DNA of 64,000 nt from an uncultured bacterium (GTDB lineage Bacteria; Bacillota; Clostridia; Oscillospirales; CAG-272). This document shows, piece by piece, positions 49,735-58,538 of this stretch (positions within the stretch are counted from its first letter, which is position 1; each line of letters starts with the position of its first letter). Location: assembly GCA_945920215.1 (NCBI GenBank), contig CAMEJM010000005.1:42798-106797 (forward strand). The letters run 5' to 3'. Under the pieces are notes generated by a model, which worked only from the letters and a program-made list of their open reading frames with translations, made no database searches and was not told where the DNA came from. Both the position numbers and the translations under genes were made by a program.

Positions 49735-50676
49735 ATGGAGAAAATCGTCAACGGAAAAGTTGTCAAAGGACTTGGAGGGTTGTACGAGGTACGCTGCTTT
49801 GCCTGCGGCGCCCCCGTGCGTTTTTCCTGCCGTGCCAGAGGCGTCTTCCGCCATGCGGAGGAAAAGGTCACGGTAGGGGATCTTGTGCGCGTCCGCTATG
49901 AGGACGGCGACCCCGAAAACACCGCGGTTATTTCCGAGTTGCTTCCCCGCCGCAACTGCCTGATCCGTCCCCCCATCTCCAATTTGGACTATCTCTTTTG
50001 CGTGATTGCCGCCGCGCGCCCCGCGCCCGTGCTCGAAACGCTGGACAAACTGCTTGCCATTGCGGAGCACAACCGGATCGAGCCGGTTGTCATCGTCACC
50101 AAAGCCGATTTCGGAGAGGAGGAGTGCCGCCGCTACGCCGCAATCTACCGCGATGCGGGAATCCCCGTTTTCTGTGTGTCAAGCGAGGACGGAAGCGGCG
50201 TGGAGGAGCTGCGCTCCTATCTTGCCGCAAATGTGCGCGGGGGAAAATGCGCCGCCTTTGCCGGCGCCTCCGGCGTGGGGAAATCCACCCTGCTCAACAC
50301 GCTGTTCCCGCACCTGAAACTTGCCACCAATACCATTTCCGCGCGCATTGAGCGCGGCAGGCACACCACGCGCCATGTGGAGCTGTACGAGGTCGGCGAC
50401 GAAGCCGACTGCGGCTTTCTGGCAGATACGCCCGGCTTCTCCATGCTGGACTTCATGCACTTCGACTTTTTCGCGCTGGAGGATTTGTTCGACGCGTTCC
50501 GCGAGTTCACCCCTTACCGCGGGCAATGCCGCTTCTCCGACTGCACCCATACCGGAGAGGGCGCGGCGGAATGCGCGATTGCACGCGCCGTGCAGGAGGG
50601 GCGCATTGCCCCCAGCCGCCACGAAAGCTATAAAACCCTCTACCGCATTCTGAAGCAGAAGAAAAACACTTATTGA
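49735..50676 (+). CDS. rsgA: Ribosome small subunit-dependent GTPase A
   Basis: TKAD, GASGVGKST, GRHTTR, DTPGF, CRFSDCTH..C. Confidence 0.95.
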   Translation: MEKIVNGKVVKGLGGLYEVRCFACGAPVRFSCRARGVFRHAEEKVTVGDLVRVRYEDGDPENTAVISELLPRRNCLIRPPISNLDYLFCVIAAARPAPVLETLDKLLAIAEHNRIEPVVIVTKADFGEEECRRYAAIYRDAGIPVFCVSSEDGSGVEELRSYLAANVRGGKCAAFAGASGVGKSTLLNTLFPHLKLATNTISARIERGRHTTRHVELYEVGDEADCGFLADTPGFSMLDFMHFDFFALEDLFDAFREFTPYRGQCRFSDCTHTGEGAAECAIARAVQEGRIAPSRHESYKTLYRILKQKKNTY

Positions 50677-50726
50677 CGGGAAGTTTCGTCCCTGCGCCAC
50701 AACACGCTGAATGCAAGCGAAACAGT

Positions 50727-50756
50727 AAAGAGGAGCCGCATTTGCGGCTCCTCTTT
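50727..50756. terminator. Terminator between rsgA and the convergent islet
   Basis: AAAGAGGAGCCGCA-tt-TGCGGCTCCTCTTT. Confidence 0.8.
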
Positions 50757-50812
50757 GTCACTACTTTTTGGGCAACTGCTCCGCAGAAACGAAACCCGTA
50801 TCTCGGTTTCGC

Positions 50813-51010
50813 TTACAGAGAAATCTCCCCGTCTGTGCAGTGCACCGTCCGAATGGCAGAGTCATCCTTCCAATATTGACTTTTATCAATGGCGTTCCAC
50901 TGCGCTTTGGTTCCTCCGTAGGTCACCGACGACAAGCCCGTGCAACCCTTGAACGCATCCGTTTCAATGTACGGAGCTACCGTCTTCGGTATCTGCTGTC
51001 CGTACACCAA
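50813..51010 (-). pseudogene. BspA/TpLRR leucine-rich-repeat C-terminal fragment
   Basis: IPKTV..IETDAFKGCTGLSSVTYGGTKAQWNAI..TVHCTDG: last LRR unit plus cap; no convincing RBS or start. Confidence 0.6.
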
Positions 51011-51068
51011 TCAAGTAGCGTGTTACTGTTGGTTTAGTCAGGCAGTTCCTCGTTATATGGAGAAACGA

Positions 51069-51707
51069 TCAAAACAGAAGACCGTAGTTTGCCGAGGAAG
51101 AACCGGTATAGGTATATTCATCCGACCATGCGGCGGCTGTGACCGTACAGGTGACGGTGATGCCCTTCAGCCCTTTCGTATACAAGGTGTAAAACAGGGT
51201 GCCGCTTGTTAAGTCATATTTTGAAAGATAGGAATCTTCAGTGACGCTTTCTCCCTTGCTTAAGCCCAGTCCTTTGTTGCTGTGTGAACTCCCAAAATCC
51301 GAGGAGATCTTCCCAAGCGATTTCCCGTTTTTATCAAAGAATTCCGAGACAATTTCGACATAATCCAAAGTGGCTTTCGTATTGTTGCAAATCTCAAAAT
51401 CCATGTACACATAGTATTCGGTACTATAAGTTGACTGCTGTTTTGTTTTAGAGGTAATTTTTACCAATTCCACTTCGATCTTTTCGGGGTTATGCGTACG
51501 CTCTTTTTCTGCCGCTATCGACAAGGGCAAACCGGCAACAAAGGAACAGCACAGTAGTGCGAGTACCAAACAACGAACGAGCAGCCTTAGGGTTATTTCT
51601 TTTGTATTTTTTCCGCCCTTTATTGCGCGTCTTCTGCAGGAATCGAACACAAGAAGCAAAGCGGAAATCAGAAGCAAACAGATAACAAAGATTATCATTT
51701 TCATCAT
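51069..51707 (-). CDS. Membrane-anchored hypothetical protein with an FxLYD-like Ig-type domain
   Basis: Two N-terminal TM segments; NNTKATLDYVEIVSEFFDKNGKSLG; ATGA overlap with the upstream gene. Confidence 0.65.
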   Translation of the reverse strand: MMKMIIFVICLLLISALLLVFDSCRRRAIKGGKNTKEITLRLLVRCLVLALLCCSFVAGLPLSIAAEKERTHNPEKIEVELVKITSKTKQQSTYSTEYYVYMDFEICNNTKATLDYVEIVSEFFDKNGKSLGKISSDFGSSHSNKGLGLSKGESVTEDSYLSKYDLTSGTLFYTLYTKGLKGITVTCTVTAAAWSDEYTYTGSSSANYGLLF

Positions 51708-52945
51708 TCCTCCTCGATGTCAGAGATGTCGGCGGAATCCATGCCGAGGGAACGGAGTTTTTCATTCAGGTAAGATAATTGCTTTTTTCTGTATTCTTCG
51801 GTGATTGTAGCACATTCCGCTTCTATGGTAGTTCCTATTTGTCTGTGTGTTTTTACTTCTGCAACCCACGTGACAATAAATAACGCAAGAGCCGCAAGAA
51901 ACGCAGCCACAGTCAGGAAGGTCTGACGGACGACCAAAGACAAAATGACGGAAAGCAGAATCAACAGAATTGATGCAATATACAGAGGTTTGTTTTTGCC
52001 CCAGACAAGACGCGGGATTTTGCTTCGTTTCTTTTCCAACTGTGATGCGAGACTCTCGGGATTTGGTATTTCATCCCCCCCTGTGGGCATCTTGCCGAAA
52101 GGAAAGGCGCGCCGTGTGTAGGTTTTGCCATCCAAAGCGACCGTTGTTTTGTATTCGGGTGTAAGGAGCAGAGATGTGGATGATTCTTTTGTCAAGGTCG
52201 AATAAGTGATATCTTTCTGGTGTTCTCCGGGCAAAGAAGAGGAAATCATATTCTCGTAATACTGTTCGTGCTTCTTACTTACTTCCTCAAGTGCCGAATC
52301 GGATACTTTATACTTTTTCTCCTCTTCTTCCGTAAGAAAAGCGATGTCGTTCTCCTCAGCGGAATTATAGCTTGCCCGGAACAAATCGTCATCAAAATAA
52401 AGATTGCTTGTGTTCTCAGCGGCGACGGTTGAATTTAGTTCTATGTTTCCTTGCATAGGACGCCAATCGGTGACAGTTCTGGTTTTTGTGACCGCGCGCT
52501 GCTTTTCCTCCCCATTTTCGTTGTATGTTTCGTAAACGGTATAGGACTCCTCGCGATCATAGCCGATGCTCGCCTGATAATTCAAAGTGACAGAAGCATA
52601 ATCTACCACTACTTGATGCTCGACCAAGTCGACCTTTGAAAAGTCGGATTGAAAGACCTGAAAAGGTGCGTCTTGCTGTGCAAGACCAATCCATGCTTGT
52701 CGGATAAATTCAGACTGCGGGTATTGCGTTTTGATTCTAGCAATTATGCATGATTTGTTTTTTGATGGGGAATCGTCTTTGTCGTAATAATAGTGATTCT
52801 CATTATAAACATTCTGCGTTTCCACACGAGGCTGCAGCAGAAAACTTGTGCCGCAAAATTTGCAGACCCATCGGTTGTTTGAGGAAGGTTCCGTTTCAAC
52901 AGAGCCGCATTGCGGGCATTCCAAAGGTTTCACATCAATTGCCAT
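51704..52945 (-). CDS. Zinc-finger membrane hypothetical protein
   Basis: CPQCG..CKFCG N-terminus, two C-terminal TM segments; AAGGAG RBS; lower GC. Confidence 0.75.
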   Translation of the reverse strand: MAIDVKPLECPQCGSVETEPSSNNRWVCKFCGTSFLLQPRVETQNVYNENHYYYDKDDSPSKNKSCIIARIKTQYPQSEFIRQAWIGLAQQDAPFQVFQSDFSKVDLVEHQVVVDYASVTLNYQASIGYDREESYTVYETYNENGEEKQRAVTKTRTVTDWRPMQGNIELNSTVAAENTSNLYFDDDLFRASYNSAEENDIAFLTEEEEKKYKVSDSALEEVSKKHEQYYENMISSSLPGEHQKDITYSTLTKESSTSLLLTPEYKTTVALDGKTYTRRAFPFGKMPTGGDEIPNPESLASQLEKKRSKIPRLVWGKNKPLYIASILLILLSVILSLVVRQTFLTVAAFLAALALFIVTWVAEVKTHRQIGTTIEAECATITEEYRKKQLSYLNEKLRSLGMDSADISDIEEE

Positions 52946-53041
52946 TTTATTCTCCTTTATTTATTGTATCATTTTCTTTTCCTGTTCCGTCATCAGTGTT
53001 GGGCAGATATGCCTGTCACGGCTTTATATTAAGATGTATAT

Positions 53042-53108
53042 ATTATATCCCATTAGTGTAGTATTGTCAACCCATATTAAATCTATTTTACTTTTCATTT
53101 GTGTAGTA
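53042..53108. promoter_or_regulatory. Divergent promoter region with repeated operator-like boxes
   Basis: Minus-strand TTGACA-N17-TATAAT (53070-53042); CATTwGTGTAGTA at 53051-53063 and 53096-53108. Confidence 0.65.
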
Positions 53109-53133
53109 AACTATAAATGAAAGGGGGTATACC

Positions 53134-53433
53134 ATGGATTGTCTTGCAAGAATCAAAGAACTCTTGAACGAACGCGGGTGGTCAATGTATCAACTCTCAC
53201 AGGAGGCGGGAATCCCGCAATCCACGCTCTCCAACCTCTTTATCCGCTGTAACGCCCCCTCTGTCCCCACGCTCGAAAAAATCTGCCACGCGTTCGGGAT
53301 CTCGCTCTCCGCTTTTTTTGAGGAACCGCACGATGCGGAGGAGGAGCGGGAGGTGGTTTCGCTATACCGTCGCCTTGACCCTGCGACGCAGCAGGCGGTG
53401 TTATGTTTGATGCGGCGCGTATGCGGCAAATAA
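53134..53433 (+). CDS. XRE/Cro-C1 family HTH regulator
   Basis: RIKELLNERGWSMYQLSQEAGIPQSTLSN...PSVPTLEKICHAFGISLSAFF. Confidence 0.9.
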   Translation: MDCLARIKELLNERGWSMYQLSQEAGIPQSTLSNLFIRCNAPSVPTLEKICHAFGISLSAFFEEPHDAEEEREVVSLYRRLDPATQQAVLCLMRRVCGK

Positions 53434-53448
53434 TTTTTCAAAAACCTC

Positions 53449-53477
53449 TTGACAGAACACACCCCACGGGGTATAAT
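53449..53477 (+). promoter_or_regulatory. SigA promoter of rplJL
   Basis: Perfect TTGACA-N17-TATAAT. Confidence 0.85.
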
Positions 53478-53483
53478 ATCGTC

Positions 53484-53605
53484 GTTATCCTAAGACAGCA
53501 GGTTCACGGTAAAAGCATTGCTTTCCTGCCGAGGTGAGACGTCAAGTGCATTTGATATGTGATTTGTGTCCTTTCTCGGCGTGCCGTGAAAGGATTATTT
53601 TTATT
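53484..53605 (+). promoter_or_regulatory. L10 leader (autogenous control RNA)
   Basis: CCTAAGACAGCAGG...CCTGCCGAGG core upstream of rplJ, followed by a hairpin and U-rich tract. Confidence 0.8.
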
Positions 53606-53624
53606 CTATACGGAGGAAAATGAA

Positions 53625-54137
53625 ATGCCGAGTAACAAGATTCTCGCAGAAAAGCAGGCACTGGTCGCTGAACTGACCGAACAGATCAAAACAGCGGCAG
53701 CCGGTGTGCTTGTGAAATACGAGGGTATTACGGTAGAAGACGATACCCGTCTCCGTGCTGCACTGCGCAAAGCAGGCGTCAAATACAGCGTCAAGAAGAA
53801 CTCCATGATCGGTCGCGCTTGCGAAGGCGCAGGTTACGGAGAACTGAAGCAGCACCTGACCGGTATGAACGGTATCGCCATCAGCGCGGAAGACCCCGTT
53901 GCAGCTGCAAAAATCATGAAGGAATACGCCGACAAGATCGAAACCTTTGAAATCAAAGCCGGTTTCGTGGACGGCGAAATCCTGGATGCAAACGGCGTGG
54001 CGGCTCTTGCAGAAATTCCGAGCAAGGAAACCCTCATCGCACGTATGCTTGGCTCTTTGATGGGCCCGCTCAACAGCTTTGCACGTTGCCTGCAAGCAAT
54101 TGTCGACAAACAGGGCGAAGCACCCGCAGAAGCGTAA
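53625..54137 (+). CDS. rplJ: 50S ribosomal protein L10
   Basis: YEGITV..LR..LR, VKKNSM, LAEIPSKETL. Confidence 0.96.
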   Translation: MPSNKILAEKQALVAELTEQIKTAAAGVLVKYEGITVEDDTRLRAALRKAGVKYSVKKNSMIGRACEGAGYGELKQHLTGMNGIAISAEDPVAAAKIMKEYADKIETFEIKAGFVDGEILDANGVAALAEIPSKETLIARMLGSLMGPLNSFARCLQAIVDKQGEAPAEA

Positions 54138-54192
54138 TTCTGCACAGAACACAACAAAACATTTAAGTTTGATTTTTCGGAGGTATTGAAAA

Positions 54193-54570
54193 ATGGCAAG
54201 CGAAAAGACCACCCAGATTATGGATCTCGTTAAGGGTCTGACCATTCTTGAACTCGCAGATCTCGTAAAGGCTATGGAAGAGGAATTCGGCGTTTCCGCT
54301 GCTCCTGTTGCAGTTGCAGCAGTCGGCGGTGCGGCTCCCGCAGCAGCAGCTGAGGAGAAGACCGAGTTCGACGTTATCCTGAAGGATGCCGGCGCAGCAA
54401 AGCTGAACGTCATCAAGGCTGTCCGTTCCATCACCAGCCTCGGTCTGAAGGAAGCAAAGGACCTCGTAGAGGGCGCTCCCAAGGCTGTCAAGGAAGGCGT
54501 TTCCAAGGAAGAAGCAGAGAAGGTTGCCGAGGAGCTCAAGGCTGCCGGCGCAGAAGTCGAAATCAAGTAA
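54193..54570 (+). CDS. rplL: 50S ribosomal protein L7/L12
   Basis: [28 protein letters not shown]. Confidence 0.98.
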   Translation: MASEKTTQIMDLVKGLTILELADLVKAMEEEFGVSAAPVAVAAVGGAAPAAAAEEKTEFDVILKDAGAAKLNVIKAVRSITSLGLKEAKDLVEGAPKAVKEGVSKEEAEKVAEELKAAGAEVEIK

Positions 54571-54587
54571 TTTTCCCGACCGTATGG

Positions 54588-54628
54588 AAAGGCGAGGGTC
54601 TGCCTGCAAGACCCTCGCCTTTCTTTTT
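54588..54628 (+). terminator. rplJL terminator
   Basis: AAAGGCGAGGGTC/GACCCTCGCCTTT followed by CTTTTT. Confidence 0.85.
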
Positions 54629-54674
54629 GCTTTTTTGTGAAACGGAAAGAGAAAAAACGGTGCTGGCTGCGCTG

Positions 54675-55178
54675 TCACAGCACCCGCTTCCATGTCCGGG
54701 CTGCCTTGGGGTTGTCGGGCAGGACGGTGTAAACCACGGTGGAGCCGAAAAGCATCACGGCGGCGTCCCCCACGGCGCTGCTGTCCGCCCCTTCAAGAGA
54801 GGACAGCATGGCAAGGCGGGTGCGCACGATCCCTACGATTTCATATGCCGCGTCGCGGTCGGGGCATTCAAAAACTCCCATCTCATAAATGTAATCGGGC
54901 GAGGTGCCGAGGAACAAGGCGAACCGCAGCACATCCTCGCGGTCGTCGCTTTGATCGGGGCGGGCATAGAGCGCCGCGTACAGCTCCGGCGGCAGGTATT
55001 CCGCGCGGGAAATATCCGCCGTACTGTCATACATTCTGCCTGCGGGCAACGGATAAAGATGCGCGAACTCCCGCATGGCGTCCCACGGGCTTTTTGTCCG
55101 CCCGCATCCGACCAAGCAGCCGAGGCACATCGCAAGAACAACTACCAGCGCCGTGAATGCCGCCGCACGTCTGTGCAT
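54675..55178 (-). CDS. Hypothetical lipoprotein (DUF4358-like)
   Basis: Lipobox LVGC; EMGVF..R...L..AAV...G..V.Y pattern. Confidence 0.6.
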   Translation of the reverse strand: MHRRAAAFTALVVVLAMCLGCLVGCGRTKSPWDAMREFAHLYPLPAGRMYDSTADISRAEYLPPELYAALYARPDQSDDREDVLRFALFLGTSPDYIYEMGVFECPDRDAAYEIVGIVRTRLAMLSSLEGADSSAVGDAAVMLFGSTVVYTVLPDNPKAARTWKRVL

Positions 55179-55406
55179 TCCCCTCACCCCCTCTCCCTTT
55201 ACTCTATGCCCGCCCGCGCCCTCTTATGCCGTAGCCTCGGCTCCCCCGCGGGGTTCTTTTGTTCATGGCTTCACCGTTTCCGAACCGCGCATCTGCCGCT
55301 CTCTTTGACAGCAACAAAAATCCACCCTGCTGCGGCAAGGTGGATTTGTTTGATTTTCGGAAAAGGCGCAAGGGGAACCGGGGGCGCCACGCGCCCGCAG
55401 CGCTTT

Positions 55407-58034
55407 TTACAGCTTCGCAAGCGCGGCTTTCAGTTGTTCGAGCGTCTCCTTATACTTGGCGAGCTTCGCGCGCTCCCCGTCCACAACGGCGGCGGGCGCC
55501 TTGGAAACAAAGCCTTCATTGGAGAGTTTCTTCTCCACGCGCTCGATCTCCCCTTGAATACGGACCTCCTCCGCCTGCATCCGGGCGCGCTCCTTTTCAA
55601 GGTCAACCAAGTCTCCCATGGGGATACAGATGGTAGCGGCGTCTGTGACAATGCTCACCGCATTCTCCCCGTCATAGTGATCCACAATATGCAGGCTCTG
55701 CGCGGACGCCAGCTTCTCAAAGAAAGGCGCGGCGGCGGTAAATGCTTCCGCATACTTGGTGCTCACGTAGAGGTTTGCGCGGCGGGAGGGCGGTACGTTC
55801 ATCTCGGCGCGGCGGTTACGGATCGCGCGGATGGCGCCGATGATACGTTCCATATCCTCTTCCTCCTCCTTGAACGTCAGTTTTTCGTCATACGCGGGGA
55901 AAGCGGAAATCATGATGGACTCATCCGTGTGCGGCAGCGCCCCGTATATTTCCTCGGTAATAAACGGCATATAGGGGTGCAGCAGTTTGAGGATTCCCGT
56001 CAGGCACCAGACCAGCACCCGGCGCGCCGTGCCCGCCTCTTTCGACTCGCGGTTGAACAAACGGCTCTTGGCAAGTTCAATGTACCAGTCGCAGAACGTG
56101 TCCCAAACGAAATCGTAAATCTCCGAGAGGGCAACCCCCACCTCGTAATGATCGAGGTTGTCGCATACGCTGCGGGTCAGGTCATTGAAGCGGGAAACAA
56201 TCCACTTGTCCTCGGTTGCCATTTCGGCGATTGGCGGCAAAGCGGTCTCCTCGTCGTCGTCCGCGAGGTTCATCAGCACGAAACGGGAGGCGTTCCACAG
56301 TTTATTTGCAAAGTTACGCGCCGCTTCGATCTTCTCGTCCGAGAAGCGCATATCGTTGCCGGGCGCGTTGCCGGACGCGAGGGCAAAGCGCAACGCGTCC
56401 GCGCCGTACTTGTCGATGATTTCCAAGGGGTCGATGCCGTTGCCGAGGGATTTGGACATCTTGCGCCCCTGCGCGTCACGCACCAAGCCGTGAATGAACA
56501 CGGTGGAGAACGGCGCTTTCCCGGTATGCTCCAGACCGGAGAAAATCATACGGGAAACCCAGAACGAAATAATGTCGTAGCCCGTCACCAGCGTGCTGGT
56601 CGGGTAGTATCTGCGCAAATCCTCGGTATCGTCCGGCCAGCCGAGGGTCGAGAACGGCCACAGAGCCGAAGAAAACCACGTGTCCAGCACATCGGATTCC
56701 TGCCGCATCGGCTTGCCGCACTTCGGGCAGACGGCGCTTGCCTCCTTGGTCACAACGGTCTCGCCGCACTCGTCGCAGTAGAACGCGGGGATGCGGTGTC
56801 CCCACCAAAGCTGGCGGGAAATGCACCAGTCGTGCAGGTTCTCCATCCACACGGTATAGTTGCGGGTGAAGCGTTCGGGAATGAAGCGGATGTCGCCGCG
56901 GCGCACCGCGTCAAGCGACGGCTGGATCATGGGTCCCATTTTTACGAACCACTGGTCGGAGGTCATCGGCTCCACCGTGGTCTTGCAGCGGTAACAGGTG
57001 CCGACGTTGTGGCTGTGCGGCTCCACCGACAGAAGATACCCTTGCGCTTCCAGATCCGCCACCAGAGCCTTGCGGCAGGCATATCTGTCCATGCCCTCGT
57101 ACTTGCCCGCAAAGCGGTTCATGGTCGCGTCGTCGTTCATGACCTTGATCTGCGCGAGGTTGTGCCGCTGTCCCACCAAAAAGTCGTTGGGGTCGTGCGC
57201 GGGAGTGATCTTCACGCAGCCGGTACCGAAGCCGATTTCCACATACTCGTCGGCAATCACGGGAATCTCACGCCCCACGATCGGCAGGATCAGAGTCTTG
57301 CCGACCAGGTCGCGGTAACGCTCGTCCTCCGGGTTGACCGCCACGGCGGTATCGCCGAACATGGTCTCCGGGCGGGTGGTGGCAATCTCCACATAGCCGT
57401 CGCTGTCCTTGATGGGATAACGGATATGCCAGAAATTCCCCGCCTGCTCCTCATACTCCACCTCTGCGTCGGAAAGCGCCGTCTTGCAGTGCGGGCACCA
57501 GTTGATGATGCGGTTGCCGCGGTAAATCAGACCCTTGTCATACAGGTTGACGAACACTTCCTTGACCGCGCGGGAGCACCCCTCGTCCATCGTGAAGCGT
57601 TCCCTCGTCCAGTCGCAGGAGCTGCCGAGTTTTTTGAGCTGGGAGATGATTCTCTGCCCGTATTTCTTCTTCCAGTCCCACACGCGCTCCAAGAACTTTT
57701 CGCGCCCGAGGTCATAACGGGTCAGCCCCTCGTTGACCCGCAGCTGCTCCTCCACCTTGATCTGGGTGGCAATGCCCGCGTGGTCGGTGCCGGGCACCCA
57801 CAGGGTGTTGTAGCCCTGCATACGCTTGTAACGCACCAGAATATCCTGTAAGGTCTCGTCCAGCGCGTGCCCCATATGCAGCTGCCCCGTGACGTTGGGG
57901 GGCGGAATCACAATGGAGAACGTCGGTCCCTCTTTCTTGGGGTCGGGGGTAAAATACCCGCGCTCGCACCAACGCTCGTAAATCTTGTCCTCGAATTCCT
58001 TGGGGGCATAGGTTTTCGGAAGCTCTGCTCTCAT
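55407..58034 (-). CDS. valS: Valine--tRNA ligase
   Basis: PPPNVTGQLHMGH, DWCISRQLWWGH, DTWFSS, KMSKS, C-terminal coiled coil. Confidence 0.98.
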   Translation of the reverse strand: MRAELPKTYAPKEFEDKIYERWCERGYFTPDPKKEGPTFSIVIPPPNVTGQLHMGHALDETLQDILVRYKRMQGYNTLWVPGTDHAGIATQIKVEEQLRVNEGLTRYDLGREKFLERVWDWKKKYGQRIISQLKKLGSSCDWTRERFTMDEGCSRAVKEVFVNLYDKGLIYRGNRIINWCPHCKTALSDAEVEYEEQAGNFWHIRYPIKDSDGYVEIATTRPETMFGDTAVAVNPEDERYRDLVGKTLILPIVGREIPVIADEYVEIGFGTGCVKITPAHDPNDFLVGQRHNLAQIKVMNDDATMNRFAGKYEGMDRYACRKALVADLEAQGYLLSVEPHSHNVGTCYRCKTTVEPMTSDQWFVKMGPMIQPSLDAVRRGDIRFIPERFTRNYTVWMENLHDWCISRQLWWGHRIPAFYCDECGETVVTKEASAVCPKCGKPMRQESDVLDTWFSSALWPFSTLGWPDDTEDLRRYYPTSTLVTGYDIISFWVSRMIFSGLEHTGKAPFSTVFIHGLVRDAQGRKMSKSLGNGIDPLEIIDKYGADALRFALASGNAPGNDMRFSDEKIEAARNFANKLWNASRFVLMNLADDDEETALPPIAEMATEDKWIVSRFNDLTRSVCDNLDHYEVGVALSEIYDFVWDTFCDWYIELAKSRLFNRESKEAGTARRVLVWCLTGILKLLHPYMPFITEEIYGALPHTDESIMISAFPAYDEKLTFKEEEEDMERIIGAIRAIRNRRAEMNVPPSRRANLYVSTKYAEAFTAAAPFFEKLASAQSLHIVDHYDGENAVSIVTDAATICIPMGDLVDLEKERARMQAEEVRIQGEIERVEKKLSNEGFVSKAPAAVVDGERAKLAKYKETLEQLKAALAKL

Positions 58035-58059
58035 GCTGTATCCTCTTTTCGTTTTTCCA

Positions 58060-58290
58060 AAATGAAAGCCCTGTGTTCAGAAACACAGGGCGTTTTTATC
58101 AACGCGGTACCACCTGTTTCACGCACCGCACGGTGCGCCTCACGGAAAGGGTCTACTCAAAGCGGGACAAAACGCCGCTTCTTTCTTCCTCGGCTCGGGG
58201 ACGACCTTCACAGGCATTGCCGCACGGACTCTCACCCACCGTCCGCTCTCTTTGGCGCGCGCCGCCGCTACTCCTTCCCGTCATAGCTCT
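58060..58290 (-). promoter_or_regulatory. T-box riboswitch, Val specifier
   Basis: Stem I with AGTAG/AGAGAG/GGTGAGA motifs; specifier GUC (58205-58203); T-box GGTGGTACCGCG; terminator GCCCTGTGTT/AACACAGGGC-TTT. Confidence 0.92.
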
Positions 58291-58293
58291 TCT

Positions 58294-58322
58294 ATTCTAA
58301 TACACCCGCGCCCATTTGTCAA
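58294..58322 (-). promoter_or_regulatory. SigA promoter of the valS leader
   Basis: TTGACA-N17-TAGAAT. Confidence 0.75.
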
Positions 58323-58538
58323 CCCCCGCTCTTTTCCGACCGTCTCCATACGCTTCGGGCTTGCACTTGCCGCCCTCCGCACAGGGCAATTCGCTCTTGC
58401 GAAACGCGCCGCTATATAGTATAATTGTGTCTGTCGGTATCCCGCGCCGCGCGAGAAGAAGCGCCGCGAAAAGCCGCCACGGAGAGATAGCCCGCGGCGG
58501 AACGGTGAATACCGCAAAAAACAGACACCGAGGACACC

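Noticed and set aside
54627-57851. Very long antisense ORFs (1074 aa here; also 8398-10416, 12416-14296, 29835-31715, 32655-34454, 38346-40130, 60701-62149)
   Set aside because: They mirror well-supported genes on the opposite strand, lack RBSs and motifs, and are expected from GC-rich codon bias.
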